Origin: Azolla caroliniana
Taxonomy: Eukaryota; Plantae; Polypodiophyta
Length of the DNA stretch: 64,000 nucleotides
Direction of reading: 5' to 3'
NCBI GenBank assembly: GCA_043228905.1
Contig: JBHGNT010000005.1
Location: 14,880,001-14,944,000 of the forward strand
The translations under genes and the position numbers were made by a program. Shown one piece after another: positions 25,701-39,826 of this stretch. The stretch's first letter is position 1; every line of letters begins with the position of its first letter. The notes below the pieces were generated by a model. That model was not told where the DNA came from. It did no database searches and was given only the letters and a program-made list of their open reading frames with translations.

Positions 25701-28700
25701 AACAATCGCTGAAACCAGATGGCTTCACAGGTGGCATTGGTAGCGCCCCGGTATTCAGCCTCAATGCTCGACAAAGCCACTGTTGGCTGCTTTTTGCTAC
25801 TCCATGCAATGCAACAGTTGCGGTTACCAAGGGAAAACATGTCCCCAGAGGTGGATCGGCGATCCAATGCATCACCAGCCCAGTCGGCATTTGTGTATCC
25901 GACTAGCGCTTCAGTTATACCACATCGGTATAATAGTCCCGGTCCTTCGTGCCGCTCAATTACCGCAATATTCAATGCGCACACTGAAGGTGCTGCACGG
26001 TTGGCTTGTGCATGAATTGGCTTATCACACCGACCGGATAACTGATGTCAGGTTGGGTGATTGTCAAGTATATCAGGCTTCCAACTATTTGTCAGAACCG
26101 TTTCTCATCGCAGGCTGGTTCGGAGTTGGGACAGAGCTTCTGGTTTCGATCTAGGGGTGTGGAGACAAGTCGACATTATGTCATGCTGAACTTGTACAAC
26201 ATATTCAACACATAATGTCATTGTGAGAGCAATATGTCGTCAGGGGTTCGGATCACCTCGATCCCAAGGAAATAATGAAGGTCCCCCAGGTCCTTCATCT
26301 CAAATGCGTCTGACAGCTGGGCCTTGACATGACTGATTTCATTGAGTCCGGGTCCGGTGATGACTAAATCATCTACGTAAAGTAAGATGCAAAAACTGGA
26401 CCGTCCGGACCTTGCCAATTGAACAACGATGAGTCAGATTTAGAGGTCACAAACCCCATCTTACACAACCGATGCGTGATCTTCGCATTCCAAGCTCGGG
26501 GGGCTTATTTCAGACCGTAAAGCGACTTCTTAAGTCGGCACATTGCCGACTTGTTCATCTCCGACTGAAAACTGGGAGGTTGGATCATATAGACCCGTTC
26601 GTCAAGGTCACCTTGAAGAAACACATTCTTCACGTCCATCTGGTGAAGATGCCACACCCTTGCCGCAACAACTGCCAATACCACACGAACCGTCATCATC
26701 TTCGATATCGGAGCGAAGGTCTTGTCGTAGTCGATTCCGTGGGTCTGTGCGTATCCCTTCGCCACTAACCAAGCCTTGTACTGGTTAACCGAACCGTCGG
26801 CATTGTACTTTACCTTGTACACCCATTTGCAACTGATCGGTTTACAGTGTCGGGGAGGGTCAACGAGGTCCCATGTGTCGTTGGCATCGAGTGCCTGCAT
26901 TTCTTCTTCCATAGCGGCATGCCAATTTGCGTCCTTTGCCGCTTCTGCGTAGCTCTCCGGCTCACGCACTTCCGTCACTTTGGCCATGTATGCATAGTGA
27001 TGCGCCATGTACTCATTGTACCCATACCGCGTAATGGGGTTCTTATGGTGGGAAGACCGATGTAACTTGTCATCACCCGGTTTGGGGCCCTTCTTGGCCG
27101 GTTCAAACTTCGTTCCCGAAGATCCACCTTCATCCTTTCCGGAGTCGGATTCGCTCCGATCCGACTCAACATTGTCGGCTTCGTATTCCGACATTTTCTG
27201 CTTCCCTTTCTCTTTGCGCGTGAACCGTCTCCTGGGTTCCTTGCGCGGGGAGAGCATGACAGAGTCTCCACTACTTGCCGGTTCCTCATCTGACTGGTCA
27301 CTTTGACCTAGTCGCTCGTTCGGTCCGCTCAACCGAAATGATTCCGAACTCTCTTCTAGAGTCTCAAACTCGTCATCTTCTATCTGGACCGGTTCAGGCT
27401 CACTGGCCTCATCCTTCGGGATTGGGTCGGAGTCGGAAATCGGAGTCAGTAGAGAGTACCACGATGTCATCTCGTCGAACTCAACATCTCAGCTTACCCG
27501 AACCTGCTTCGTTCGGGGGTTATAGCACTTATACCCCTTCTGCTCATGCGAGTAACCGACTAGGATGCACTTCTCCGACTTTGGATCAAGCTTCCTCCAC
27601 TTCTCATCCGGTACATGCACATATGCTATGCTGCCGAATATCCGAAGGTGTCTCAAATTCGGCTTGTGCCCGAAATACAGCTCGTGTGCTGACACCTTGT
27701 CACCGATCCGGTTTTGGATGTAGACGGCCGTCCAGACCGCCTCAGCCAAGTAGAATTTGGGCATGCTCTTCTCCTCCAGCATTGCCCTTGCCGCGTTGAC
27801 AATCGACCGATTCTTCCTCCTGGCCACACCATTTTTTTCCGGTGTGTATCGACAACTGATTTCTCTCCGAATTCCGTTCTGTTGCAAATAACTGTTGAAT
27901 TGGCCTGAAAAGTATTCTTTTCCGCCATCCGACCGCATGCACTTGATCTTCCTCTCCGTTTCCCGTTCAACCAAGCTTTGAAGGTTCCGGAAACACTCGA
28001 AGAATTCGCTCTTCCTCTCGATGAGGTAGATCCATGTGTGCCGGCTGTAGTCGTCGATGAAGGAGACGAAGTATCGACTCTCGCCAAGACTAACGTTCTG
28101 TGCCGGTCGCCATACATCCGAATGGATTAGGTCGAGCTTGTTACGGCTCCGGTTTCGTTCGGTGGGGAATGGAAGCCAGTGTTGCTTCCAGAGTTGGCAG
28201 GCTTCACAAATTTCACCCTTCCAGCCGCTAAATTTCAGCAATCCGAAAACAACTTGTTTCGGCTGTAGGTCCTGAAGCTTCCGATAATTGATGTTGTCAC
28301 AAATATTCGCGCGTGCGTGTGCTACTCGAGCGACCACCGGGGTCTTGGACTGGGGAGGACGTTCACGGAATTATCGAAGAAATGACGATCAATGTAAGAT
28401 TGGATGAAATTTGTTCACTTGAGAAGAAGAAAGATATGAAGAAGATAAAGATAATTACATTGATGATAGTGGTGTTGGTGATATCACATATTGAGCCCCC
28501 CTTACACAAGCCCAACTAGAGGCTTTTATAGGTCTTTCCATGCTTGTGACATGCACAAAACCATGGGCTAAAACCATGGTTTTGTGCACACGGTTTTGCT
28601 TATGTCATGGTTTTCTATGGTTGTTTTGTCTATAATTCGTATATGAAAAGGAAATACATAAAATTTACACTATATGATAGTTGTCCTAGTGGTAAGGCAA

Positions 28701-28774
28701 ACATCTTGTATCTTAGAGGTGCAAGAGGTTCAAACCTTGCTTGCACCCCTCTGTATGAACTCAAGTGCCACTAG

Positions 28775-28866
28775 TGTTGGAGACAAGGCCGTCAATGCGG
28801 AAGATCAAACACCATTCGATTCGTGTTGAATACCTGCGTATGACAGTTTCTAAGGTCGTGCACAGA

Positions 28867-28901
<35 letters not shown>

Positions 28902-31900
28902 ACACACACACACACACACACACAAAGAGTCTTTCTATTCAATAAGACAATAATACAACCAACCTTACTAAAAGGTTACAAGGTCACTTTATATAGTGAC
29001 CGACTTAGGGCAACTACCATTTATGCTAATTACACAAATGGCCCAAACTTGATCTATACAAAGAGATAGTGTGAATACGTCCATTATACACTTGTATTCG
29101 ACACTCCCCCGTAATGGGCGTATACATGGGTTATCTAAGATTACAGGTATAAACCTAGGTTCTCGGACATATCAGTTTTGTTCGAGTCGGCAGGGTCCGA
29201 AGGCAGAAGACCGGACTGGTCGGGTCGGAAGAGTTGAAGCCGATCATTAAGGAACTGATGTCGGTTGTCGGAAACCATCCTGCGCTGTGTCCGGCTCTAA
29301 CCGGACTGATTTGTCGTTACGCCCATCTGATGCCGAAGGGACCGAAAGCGGTCTGCCGAAAGACACTTGGTCATTCCATCTGCGACATTGTCGGTTGTCG
29401 ATATTTTCTCTAGACCGATTTTCCCTGAAATGACGCAGTCCCGAACGAAGTGATATCGAACGTCGATATGTTTGGAGGCGTTGTGGTGAACCGGATTTTT
29501 CGACAAGGCAACAACACCTTGACTGTCGCTGTAGACAACTGGGGCCGAGTCATGGTCGACTTGTCGAAACGTGTGCGCCAGCCGGCCGAGCCACAAGGCT
29601 TCTTTTGCAGCGTCGGACGTAGCTACATATTCTGCTTCGGTCGTTGAGGTCGCTGTGCACTCCTGAAGTTTCGACTTCCACGAGATTGCTCCATTGCCGA
29701 ATTTGAAGCAGTATCCAGTTGTTGATTTCCGACTGTCTATACAGCCGGCGAAGTCCGAGTCGGTGTAACCGACTACGCCTGAGGTTGAGTTCGGACCGAA
29801 AAGAATGCCGTGGTCTTTTGTGCCAGCCAGATATTTGAACACATGCTTGACTGCGTTCCAATGCGATCGGCCAGGATTGTGCATAAATCTGCTAACGACT
29901 CCTACGACATGAGAAATATCAGGCCGTGTCGCGACCATCAGGTACATAAGGGAGCCGACTGCCGGTGCATACGGTACCGACTTCATATCTTCCCCCTCCG
30001 GACCGGATGTCGGGCAGTCTCACTGAGAGAGCCGAAGATTCATGGGGAGCGGGGTTGAAGCAGATTTGGCTGATTGCATGTTGAAGCGTTCCAAGACACG
30101 TCCGATATAGTCGGTCTGAGACAAAAAAAGATGTCGTTTATCGCGATGCCGACTAATCTTCATGCCAAGTATGTGTCGTGCAGGACCGAGGTCCTTCATG
30201 GCAAACTTCAACCGCAATTGCCGAATGAGATCGGCAAGTTCGCCCGCGTGGCGTCCAGAAATTAGCATGTCGTCCACGTAAATGATGAGGAAGATGGGTG
30301 ATCCATCTTGAGCTGTGTTGGTAAAAAGACAATGGTCCTCATCGCTTTTTGAGAAGCCGATCGATTGGATGAAGTCGTCGAACTTCTTGTACCATTGTCG
30401 TGGTGCCTGTTTGAGGCCGTATAGACTCTTCCTGAGTCAGCAGACTAGATGTTCTTGGCCAGGTGCAACAAAGCCTTTTGGCTGCTCCATATAAATTTCC
30501 TCTTCAAGATCACCATGGAGGAAGGCTGTTTTGACATCTAGCTGAATCAGCTCCAAGTTGTCGGCTGCCACTACGCCGAGTAGAAAACGAAGGGTTGTCA
30601 TTTTCACCACTGGTGAAAAAATCTCGTCGAAGTCGACGCCATATTCTTGTCGGAAGCCCTTCGCAACTAATCTGGCCTTGTACTTTGGGGTGGTCGAATC
30701 AGATGTCTCTTTTAGTCGATAAACCCACTTGCAAGGAAGAGCACGTCGATTCTTAGGTAATTCGACCAGATCCCAAGTCTTGTTTGCCCGAATGGAGTGC
30801 ATTTCTGACTCCATCGCCAGATGCCAGGTGGCTGAATCGACAGATGTCGATGCTTCTTCGTAAGACGTCGGTTCGCCGGCGTCGGTGAAGAAAATTCTAG
30901 GAGAATACCTCTCCGGAGGTTGCGACAGTCTCTCGGATCGTCGAGGTATGATTGGACTAGTCGTATCGGGTATCGAGGTCGGATGGTCCGAAAGCGAATT
31001 ATTCTGCTGTGCCGAGTCGGAGTTGTCCGAGTCGGTAGTGGAAGGTTCAGCTACCCGTGAAGCTGACCGTGTGTTAAGAGCGGGGCCTTCTTGAAGGGTC
31101 GGCACATCGGAAAATGTTACCCTTCGGACTTCGATCGGTTTTTCGACTGATGGATTCATAGCCGACTCGTTGAACACAACGTCCGAACTTCGAACGATTT
31201 GTCTGCGTTCGGGGTCCAAGAGTCGGTATCCCATTTCGCCGTCTGATCCATATCCAAGGAAAATGCATTTCCTGGACCGAGGTGCAAGTTTTCGGCGATC
31301 ATCTTTCGGAGTAAGGGCGTACGCCTCGCATCCGAAGATCCTCAGCTTGTCGTAATTCGGCTTACTGCCGATCCATAGTTCCTGAGGAATTTGAAGTCCT
31401 AGAGGTATGCTTGGCGACATATTGATTATGTGTACTGCCGTGAGTAGAGCCTCTGCCCAGAAGCCATTCGACAGTCCGGAGTGTTGGAGCATGGAAACTA
31501 TCCGTTCTTGGATTGTCCGATTCATGCGTTCTGCAATCCCGTTTTGCTCCGGACTGTGTGGTGCCGTAAATTCACGTCGGATGCCGCGTTGTCGGCAGAA
31601 TTTGACGAATTCTTCTGATTTGAACTCTCCCCCATTGTCGGTCCGAAAGCATTTCAGTTTTCGGTCAGTTTGATTTTCTACCATAGCGAGCCAATCGGAG
31701 AAGATCGAGAAGACACGATCTTTGGTGCGAATTGGATAAGCCCACACCTTTCGAGTCGAATCGTCAATAAAACTGACGAAGTAAGAGGCACCGCCGAGAG
31801 ACTGATGCGGCATTGGGCCACAGACGTCCGAGTGGACTAAATCGAGAGGTCTCGTTTCTCTTGGTGCTGATGTCGGGTGTGATGCGGCTGCTTGTTTGCC

Positions 31901-34151
31901 ATACTGGCAATGTTCGCAGAATTGATGGTCCGAGAAGGAGAGTTTAGGGATGTATCCGGCTCTAGATAGGTGCGTAATGCCGGCCTTGCTGAGGTGTCCT
32001 AATCTTCTGTGCCATAGTGATGACACAGGTATATCCACCAAAAACAGGTTACCCTCTCTGAGCGTAACATGTAACGGATACAATGAGTGTATCTTGGGTC
32101 CTCTAGTAAGCAGGAGGTTCCCCCTGTGGAGTGTCCACCCTCCCGAAGAAAAACCGGCACGAATGCCGTCTTCATCTAGTTGTCCGACTGAGATCAATGG
32201 TCTTGAGAGCTCGGGTACATGTCGGACATTGTGAAGTACAAGTGTAGAGCCACCTGCAAGGTTGAGCTCTACTGTGCCGATTCCAATGATGTCACAGTGT
32301 TGTGAGTTGCCGACTCGAACTGAGTCGGAGTGACGGATCGTATATTGCCGAAATTGGGATCGATGAGGAGTCACGTGAAATGACGCGCCCGAATCTAAGA
32401 GCCATGTGCTCGATTCTTCAGTCGTGAGCAAAACTTCTGATCCGACTGGATTTTCGATTGATAGTATATTCGGGTCGTTTGGTAGCACATCAACTGAGAA
32501 GCTGACGTAATTGATCTCCTCATGCCGGCCACTCTTCTTGTCTGATTTCTGAGACTTGTCGTTCTTGTTCTTGAGTGCGCGGCAGTCGGCTTTGATGTGT
32601 CCGGGTTTCTTGCAATAGTTGCAGATTCGATTATCCCGTGACTGGCTCCGTCTTCGCTGATTGTTCGGCTGCCGTGAGGAATCTCTTCCTCGTATGTTCG
32701 ATCGTTCTGTCGAACCTTGTACTACATAAGCGTCGTCTGTTGAGTCTTTGGCGAAAGACTTTCTCCGAGCTGCTTCGGTCAGGATTGCGCTCGTGACTTC
32801 GGAGTATTTAACAGCTGTGGTTGACGCGTTGCACACGGTTGTGACGAAAGTTTCCCATGATGAGGGAAGGCTGCTCATGAGTATCATTGCTCTGAGTTCA
32901 TCCTCGATTGCCGTCCCTTGAGATGAGATTTGGGAGCTTATGCTTTCGTACTCATTGAGATGTGCTTGAACCGAATCTGATTCTTTCATTCGCAAGTTGT
33001 AGAGGCGCCGGATCAGAAACATCTTCGTTGCAGCGACCTTCTTTTCATAGGTGTCCGACAGTGTTTTCCACAGTTCGAATGCTGTCGTACACGATTGCAC
33101 CGTAAAGTATACCGATTCCGATAGGTGCATCCGAATCGTGGCGCGGACGATTCTGTCCAGCTTCTACCACTCAATTGGTTTGTATCCTTCTGGAGGTTCT
33201 TCATTTTCGATGGGATCGATTTGCCCCTTGACTATGAGATAGTCCTGCATTTGCTCCTTCCAGAAGTTGAAGTTCGATCCATCGAACTTTCGTAGACTCA
33301 TTTCTGACGAGCCGGATGTTGATGTCATCAAATTTGGTTTCGGTTGACGAAGCTCGGTTCGGAGTTGACTACGAACCTTGTTGGAGTGCAGCCGGTTGGC
33401 TCACCCGATATCGTTCTAGTCGGATTCGAACCCGAGTCGGTTCGGCTTAGGATATATGTATTGTTGAACTTGCTCGAATTGACTCCGGTAACTTGAGGGA
33501 CAGAACCGACTGGTCTTCCCGAATGTTGCCGAGTCGGAGTGAGTCCGGTTCTCTTCCGAATATATATGCCAAGTACCGATTATTGAAACCGATTGTCTGG
33601 ACCGATTCTGCTTCGGGTGACTGCAGCGACGAGAGAGACGGATCCAACTGATCCTCCCGAATGTCGATCAGCCGGATGAAGCACGAATTGGGGTTGTTGT
33701 CTTGAGACCGATCTGCACCAAGTGGTTACAATGAGCGGCGAGCAGCGTTTGATGACCTCTTCGGATGCCGTTTAACCGAGTGGAGCACGATCGTGTCAAT
33801 GTTGCACAAGGGGATTTCACCTCGAGCGGTTACGATCACAAGGAACAGAGTACAACCGGCTGGCTTACTCCAAGTGAAGATGATCTAACGCGATGAGATG
33901 CAAGCCTCGTTTTTCTTCTTCTTCTCTCTTCTCTGTTTCTTCGAATGACGCGAATACTGTGCAGGCTGTGATGAAGCGAAGAACCGAATGCTGTGCAGGC
34001 TGAGACGACGGCCGACAGCGGGTTGGGGGACCGAATACTGTGCAGGCTCTGATACCAGATGTTGGAGACAAGGCCGTCAATGCGGAAGATCAAACACCAT
34101 TCGATTCGTGTTGAATACCTGCGTATGACAGTTTCTAAGGTCGTGCACAGA

Positions 34152-34186
<35 letters not shown>

Positions 34187-34386
34187 ACACACACACACAC
34201 ACACACAAAGAGTCTTTCTATTCAATAAGACAATAATACAACCAACCTTACTAAAAGGTTACAAGGTCACTTTATATAGTGACCGACTTAGGGCAACTAC
34301 CATTTATGCTAATTACACAAATGGCCCAAACTTGATCTATACAAAGAGATAGTGTGAATAGGTCCATTATACACTTGTATTCGACA
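28775..34386 (-). mobile_element. Young full-length Ty1/copia element F (Tnt1-like) inside solo LTR E
   Basis: LTRs 28775-29103 and 34060-34386 nearly identical (one substitution plus a 2-bp microsatellite length difference seen); perfect TSD ACTAG; PBS GCTCTGATACCA (rc) 34046-34057; PPT CTCCCCC from 29104. Confidence 0.97.
29297..33328 (-). pseudogene. gag-pol polyprotein of element F (1344 codons, single frame, three premature stops)
   Basis: MTSTSGSSEMSLRKFDGSNFNFWK.., zinc knuckle CNYCKKPGHIKADC, protease WLLDSGAS, integrase HSDVCGP/FIDDSTR/EQNGIAER, RT IYVDD, RNase H YTDSD..STTEAEY. Stops at about 33165, 30437 and 30020. Confidence 0.93.
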
Positions 34387-36387
34387 ACTAGGCCTTAGGC
34401 TTATTTGCTAAGTGCATGTGCAATGTTGCACATCCTTGGTTTATTCGTCTCACTCGGTTTCACACCCTAGCCGAAAATCGTGACGACAACGTGGACGATC
34501 CGCTTGTGCTAGAGATCTATGTCCGATTCAATCTTCCATCCTTTGGCAAACAAGGCGGTGCCGACGTTGTTTGTGTCGAGGATGAACATCCTCCCATCTC
34601 TGCACCCTCTTCCTCGATGAAGCACCCGAGGTGCGTAAACCGCCCCTGCATCCCCTGGTCGACGATTTGTCCGATTGACACCAGGTTCTTTGTGATTGTC
34701 GGAACCTGTAATACATTCATCAGCTTCCCCCTCTGTTCGGCATGGCTCAAAGGGACTTCTTCGACATGCACAATCGGGTGAGGAGTGTTGTCTCCGGTTT
34801 CGACAACTCCCGGTTGATCCAGTTTCTCTAGAAAAGAGAACCACTCTTCGTGGCTCGTCATGTGGTTCAACGCACTAGAATCAACGTACCATACTTCCTC
34901 TGATTTGGAAGTAGTCTTCTTCATCGGGTTTGCCTTGTGTCTCATCACGAAGGCTGGCCCCTTTCCGGTTTTCCCGGTTCCGGATCCCGCCGATCCTTCC
35001 GCTTAGTGCGAGCTTTGTCGGTTTTCCCGGATCCGGATTTGTTCAAATCAACGCACTTCTTCCATCACTCACTCTCCCTATGGCCCTTTTTGCCACAGTA
35101 CCAGCATTCCGTGTCAGCTTTTCCTTGCCGGCTTCCGGCGCCGCTTCTTTGACTCACCCTACTTGTGGAGGGTTCGGAACTACTGTCGGCACCATCTCTG
35201 TGCCTTTGGTTCTGCTCTTGGCGGCCGCCTCCATTGCGTGCCGACCCACCTCATCCACCACATCCACCACATCCATGGGGCCGATATGTCTCCATGTACA
35301 ACATTCGGCCATCTGATTGAGTGGTCCTTGACCCACTCGCGTGGTTTTCTTCAATCATCAACATCGATTGCAAGTCGAAGAAAGTTGGTGGCCTTTCCCG
35401 GGTGCAGATCGCTGTCTGGATTGGCCCGTACCTTTGCGCTAGACCACCAAGGCAGATTTGTACCATCTCGTCTTAGTCCACCGTCAAGTTGATGGACCCG
35501 AGCACATCACAAGTCTCCTTTATCTTGGTGGTGTAGTCTGTAACTGACATGTCTCTTTGCCGGATGTTGTTCAACTCTTGCCGGAGCTGCAACTTACGGC
35601 CTGTGGTACTCGTGGTGAAAATCTTCCTCAGATTTCCCTAGGCCTCCTTCGGCGTTTTTACATCCTTTATGTAGTCGAGCATCTGGTTGTGCACACATGA
35701 CGCGAGGCAGTACAATACTCGGCTTGCTCCTTGCTCCCATACCGGGAAGTCCTCATGTGCCGGCTCCGGTGCTACCTCGTTCGTTCGTTCCACGAAGCTC
35801 CAATATCCATGCCCCATCAGGTACTGGTGCATCTTGTATGACCAGGACACGTAGTTGCTTCGGTCGAGCTTCTTTGTTGGAAGTGAACTCGCCATTCCTC
35901 TGTCAATATCTTCTCTCTGTCTGTTGTTACTGGGTTCTAGGGTTCGTCCACGAAAGCAAGTGCCGAATGTAGAGGTTCTCAACCCTCGCGCTTTGATACC
36001 ATGTGAAAGTTAGCGTGCCGTGTGCCGAAGCGTTAGACAACCCGACTCAGCCGTATAGTAACAAAAAATGAGAAAAGGTTTAATGGAAAACTTAACACAG
36101 GGAGTATGCATGGAAGACAGAGAGAGAGAGAGAGAGCAGAACATAAACTTGATTAAAAAAAATGAAAACACTTTGTAACTCTATATATACAACGTGCTAA
36201 ACAACAACACTATTTATACAAGTACTCAAAAGGACTGACAGAAGTACTATGTACTTCAATGCTCATACGAGAGACTGACACTAACTACGAGACAATGATT
36301 ACCTAGTAGTCTAGGCTACTACTAGGCTTCCAGTTCACACTCGAATCCGGCTCTCCGATCCGTCTCCCCGATCCAATCAGTTGTTTC

Positions 36388-36823
36388 TGTTGGGAATATG
36401 TCCCTCTAGTGGGAGGAAGATCCGACCGTCAGGAAAGCCGACAGTCGAGGAACTGAGTTGCGTAAGTATATTTGTAACTAGGGCAAACTTTAATTGTGTG
36501 GAATAGAGTGTACAGAAGTTTGGTGTGTGCAAGAGAGCGAGTGAGAGAGAGAAGGTATAGCCGTGCCATAGCTGTGTGTATAACAGTAGACGCGAAGAGC
36601 CTTGTGCGGCTGATACACTCGACAGAGTGTTGTAATCATCTCCGTGTTGTATATCCACTTCATATAGTGAAGATTCTATTCACCCGTGGTTTTCCCTGTT
36701 TCAGGGTTTCCACGTAATCTCTGTGCACCATTGTTTATCTTGTCTATTCTGCTATTAGAGTGTGATTCATATTTCAGCGTTGTTTGTCTATTGTGGTTTG
36801 AATTTCGCAACGATTGCTCATCA
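36388..36823 (+). mobile_element. Solo LTR (436 bp) inserted in the 5' LTR of A
   Basis: TGTTGGG...CTCATCA with perfect TSD GTTTC (36383-36387, 36824-36828); the A-LTR sequence resumes afterwards; CCCGTGGTTTTCCC..GGGTTTCCACGT motif shared with the LTR at about 60386. Confidence 0.88.
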
Positions 36824-37943
36824 GTTTCCAGATATCATTCGGATACCGATCCGGCTCATCCTTCCGGATGCCGATCCGGATCTGGTTGAGCTTGCTCGCT
36901 CAACAATTGACATAATGAATACTCAAATGGGGAGCGCTCTCCTTAGCGAGAAGTTGGACCGAAACAACTTTGCATCTTGGGAGTACAAGATGCACCAATA
37001 CCTTGTCGGTCAAGGTTATTGGGGCTACATCAAAGGAGCAGAAGAAAATTGACCCGACCCAAAGGACGCCGACTACTCAACATGAGAGAAAGCGGTGAGT
37101 CGAGTAATGTATTGCTTGGTCACATGTGTTCATGACCACATGCTCAGCTACATTTGAGAAGCCGAGACGCCGAAGGAAGCATGGGAGAATCATAAGAAGA
37201 TTTTCGCGGCCAACATAGCCGCAAGAAAGCTTCAACTCCACCAAGAGTTGAATAATATCCAACAAATGGATATGTCCATCACAAGCTACACCTTGAAGAT
37301 CAAGGACCTTTGTGATTCACTCTGCTCAATAAGCATCAATGTGGAGGATGATGACATGGTGCAAATATGCCTCGACGGCCTTGCACCACGGTTCGGGCCG
37401 ATGAGGACCGCCTTACTAACAGGGGAGAATCCTCCCTCGTTCTTTGATCTTCAATCCATGTTGTTGGTTGAAGAAAACCATGTTCGAACAAGGTGCAACA
37501 CCTCAGCAAGCCACATGCTCTACAAGCATTCAAATGGAGGAAGAGAACACGGCCGAGCAAGTGGCCGATTCAGCCAAGGACGAGGTAGACGAGGTCCAAC
37601 TTACGAAAACAACTCCCAATTTTGACAACAAGACGAAAGCCATCGAGGATTCTTTATAGGAAGGGGGAGCTTCCATTCCAGTTTGAGCTGACAAACCTCA
37701 ATCGGATGCAAATATTCGGCAAAATTGGTCACCATGAAAAAGAGTGCCGAAAGAGGAAGCGCGACTCAACTTCCACAAATCGACAACTCATCAATTACGC
37801 CACCAACTCTGACTATGATGATCATGGTGGAATGTTCGTGATGAGACATAGAGCAAATTCTATGCCAACTTCTACATCGAATAGTGCCTCTAGTTCGGAA
37901 GACATATGGTTCGTCGACTCCGGTGCCTCGAACCATATGATGT

Positions 37944-38804
37944 TGTCGTAGTGTAATTCGCACACTACGTGAAAAATTGCATTTTTGGTCTCTCCGGATA
38001 GGACATGGAGTACCCGGTGAGAACTGGAAGGAGGAACCGGTAAGGAAGACCCGATGAGAACCGGATGAAGGATGGAATCGGTAAGGAGGAACCGGTGAGA
38101 ACCGAATGAAGGATGGAATCGGCAAGGAGGAACCGGTAAGGAGACCTGGTAAGAACCAGATCAAGCAGAACCGGCAAGAGCCGGATAAAGAAGGCTGGTG
38201 AGAGTCTCTCACCGGATGAAGAGACAAATTTGTAAATAGAAGAAAAGATTGTTACATGCATAGGGTAGGATTCAAACCCTGTACCTCCATGTTAACGATT
38301 TTTAAGCCTTACCACTATACTAGCATATTATGAATTTTAAAGTTATACTAAACTTTATCCCATGTAAATATTCTAGATATGCATGGTACAAAAAGTTATT
38401 CATGCATACACACTCGAGTTAAAAGAAAAGATGGGATAGAAAGCTAATCATGCACATGCAGTGTGCATGAAAACTAAAGTTAGGAAAAGCATGATGCTTG
38501 CATGTGATAAACTTAGACTCTTCCAACACTATATAAGGAAGAGAGAAAGATGTATAGGTGTTGTTGATTTTTATAAGGTTGAATAATATAAAATAATCGT
38601 GGGATTCACGATTTTGCCATCTATTTCTCTCTTACAATCTAAGTATCAATTAATACACTATACTCGTGGGATTCACGAGTTTCATATCTTCTTCTTGCAA
38701 TCTCTTCCGAACTAACATGATCTCATATTCTTCTTTCTCCTAGTCCAAAACCTAGCGGTTCCCACCCGACTCACGCAAACGATCCGGCGTTGAAAGGCAC
38801 AACA
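37944..38804 (+). mobile_element. Solo LTR C (about 860 bp) inserted in the protease region of B
   Basis: Splits NHM|TSHQE; TGTCGTAG...CACAACA; flanks ATGT/ACGT; GAACCGG/AAGGAGG short repeats at 38020-38220; TATATAAG at about 38530. The left end could instead be 37941. Confidence 0.82.
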
Positions 38805-39826
38805 ACGTCCCATCAAGAATTTTTTGAGAACTTCAAGAGCCAGATCAACCAGGTTATGTCGAAACTAGAGACGACACTACTCATCTGATTCGGCGCATCA
38901 GCAATGTTCCATTCGGAAAAGAAGGTAACCAAACTTACATTAAGAATGTCTTGCATGTACCAACCATTACGAAGAATTTGGTCTCCGTTGACCAAATTGT
39001 TGTGCAAGGGATGCAAGTTCGATTTGATCAAGGCAGTTGCTTCATTGAGAAAGAGGGTCTACTCATTGTTCACGGACAAAGAGAGGGCCGAATGTTCATT
39101 CTCGAATCGCACGAGATGAAATCGTCCATGTTTGCAAAAGGCACCAAAGCCGACACCGACATAGAGTTGTGGCACAAGTACATTGGCCACATCAACCTCC
39201 AAAAGCTCAAGGCAATGCAATCGAAAAGAGTCGTCATTAGACTCCCGACCTTCAAAGAGAAAGAGATTGAAGGCGTAAGTGCAGCCTGCCAATTCGGCAA
39301 GCAACATCAACACCCGTTTCCGAAGGAGAGGAACGTGCATAAAGGCATATTGGATGTATGGGGACCGTCTCAGACGACTACATTCGGCAGATGTCGATAC
39401 TATGTGGCCTTCATCGACAACTTCTCGAAGCACACCTGGATCTACCCCATGCGACAAAAGAGCGAAGTGTTCAGACACTTCCAAAACTTCAAGAGTAGAG
39501 TCGAAAAGGAAATAGGTCAACATGTACGATGTCTTCGGTCGGATGGAGGAAAAGGGTACTCCTCTAACAAATTTTCAGCTTTTCTCCGGAAAGAAGGAAT
39601 TCAGCAAGAGTTTTCATGTCGGCATACACCGCAACAAAAGAGAGTAGCCGAACACAAAAATCAACACATCCTCAAAGTAGCACGGGCCATGATGAACAAA
39701 AAGCACATGCCGAAGTCATATTGGGCCGAAATAGTGAATACTGTCGTCTACCTCATGAATCGGTGCACGACATCGAAGTGCATGAGGTTACCTCGCACAA
39801 GAAGTTTTTCGGAAAGAAGTTGGATT

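Larger units (their letters stand above)
28295..34488 (-). mobile_element. Gypsy-type solo LTR E (about 0.58 kb, split by element F) inserted in A
   Basis: Segments 28295-28774 and 34392-34488; ends resemble the LTR at 42254-42984 (CGCGCGTGCGTG..GACCAC.GGGGTCTT.GACT; GTGCAA.GTTGCACA..GAAAATC..ACGACA). Flanks ATGT/ACGT. The left end could instead be 28292. Confidence 0.8.
24594..36905 (-). mobile_element. Ty1/copia element A inserted in the leader of B (decayed)
   Basis: Perfect TSD ATTGA (24589-24593, 36906-36910); 5' LTR 36002-36905 (interrupted); PBS GCTTTGATACCA (rc) at about 35990-36001; 3' LTR 24594-24893 (internally deleted) with PPT CTCCCCC 24894-24900. gag (about 35895), protease WYVDSSA, integrase 27489-28290, RT 26218-26960 (LYVDD), RNase H 25541-25900. 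Confidence 0.93.
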
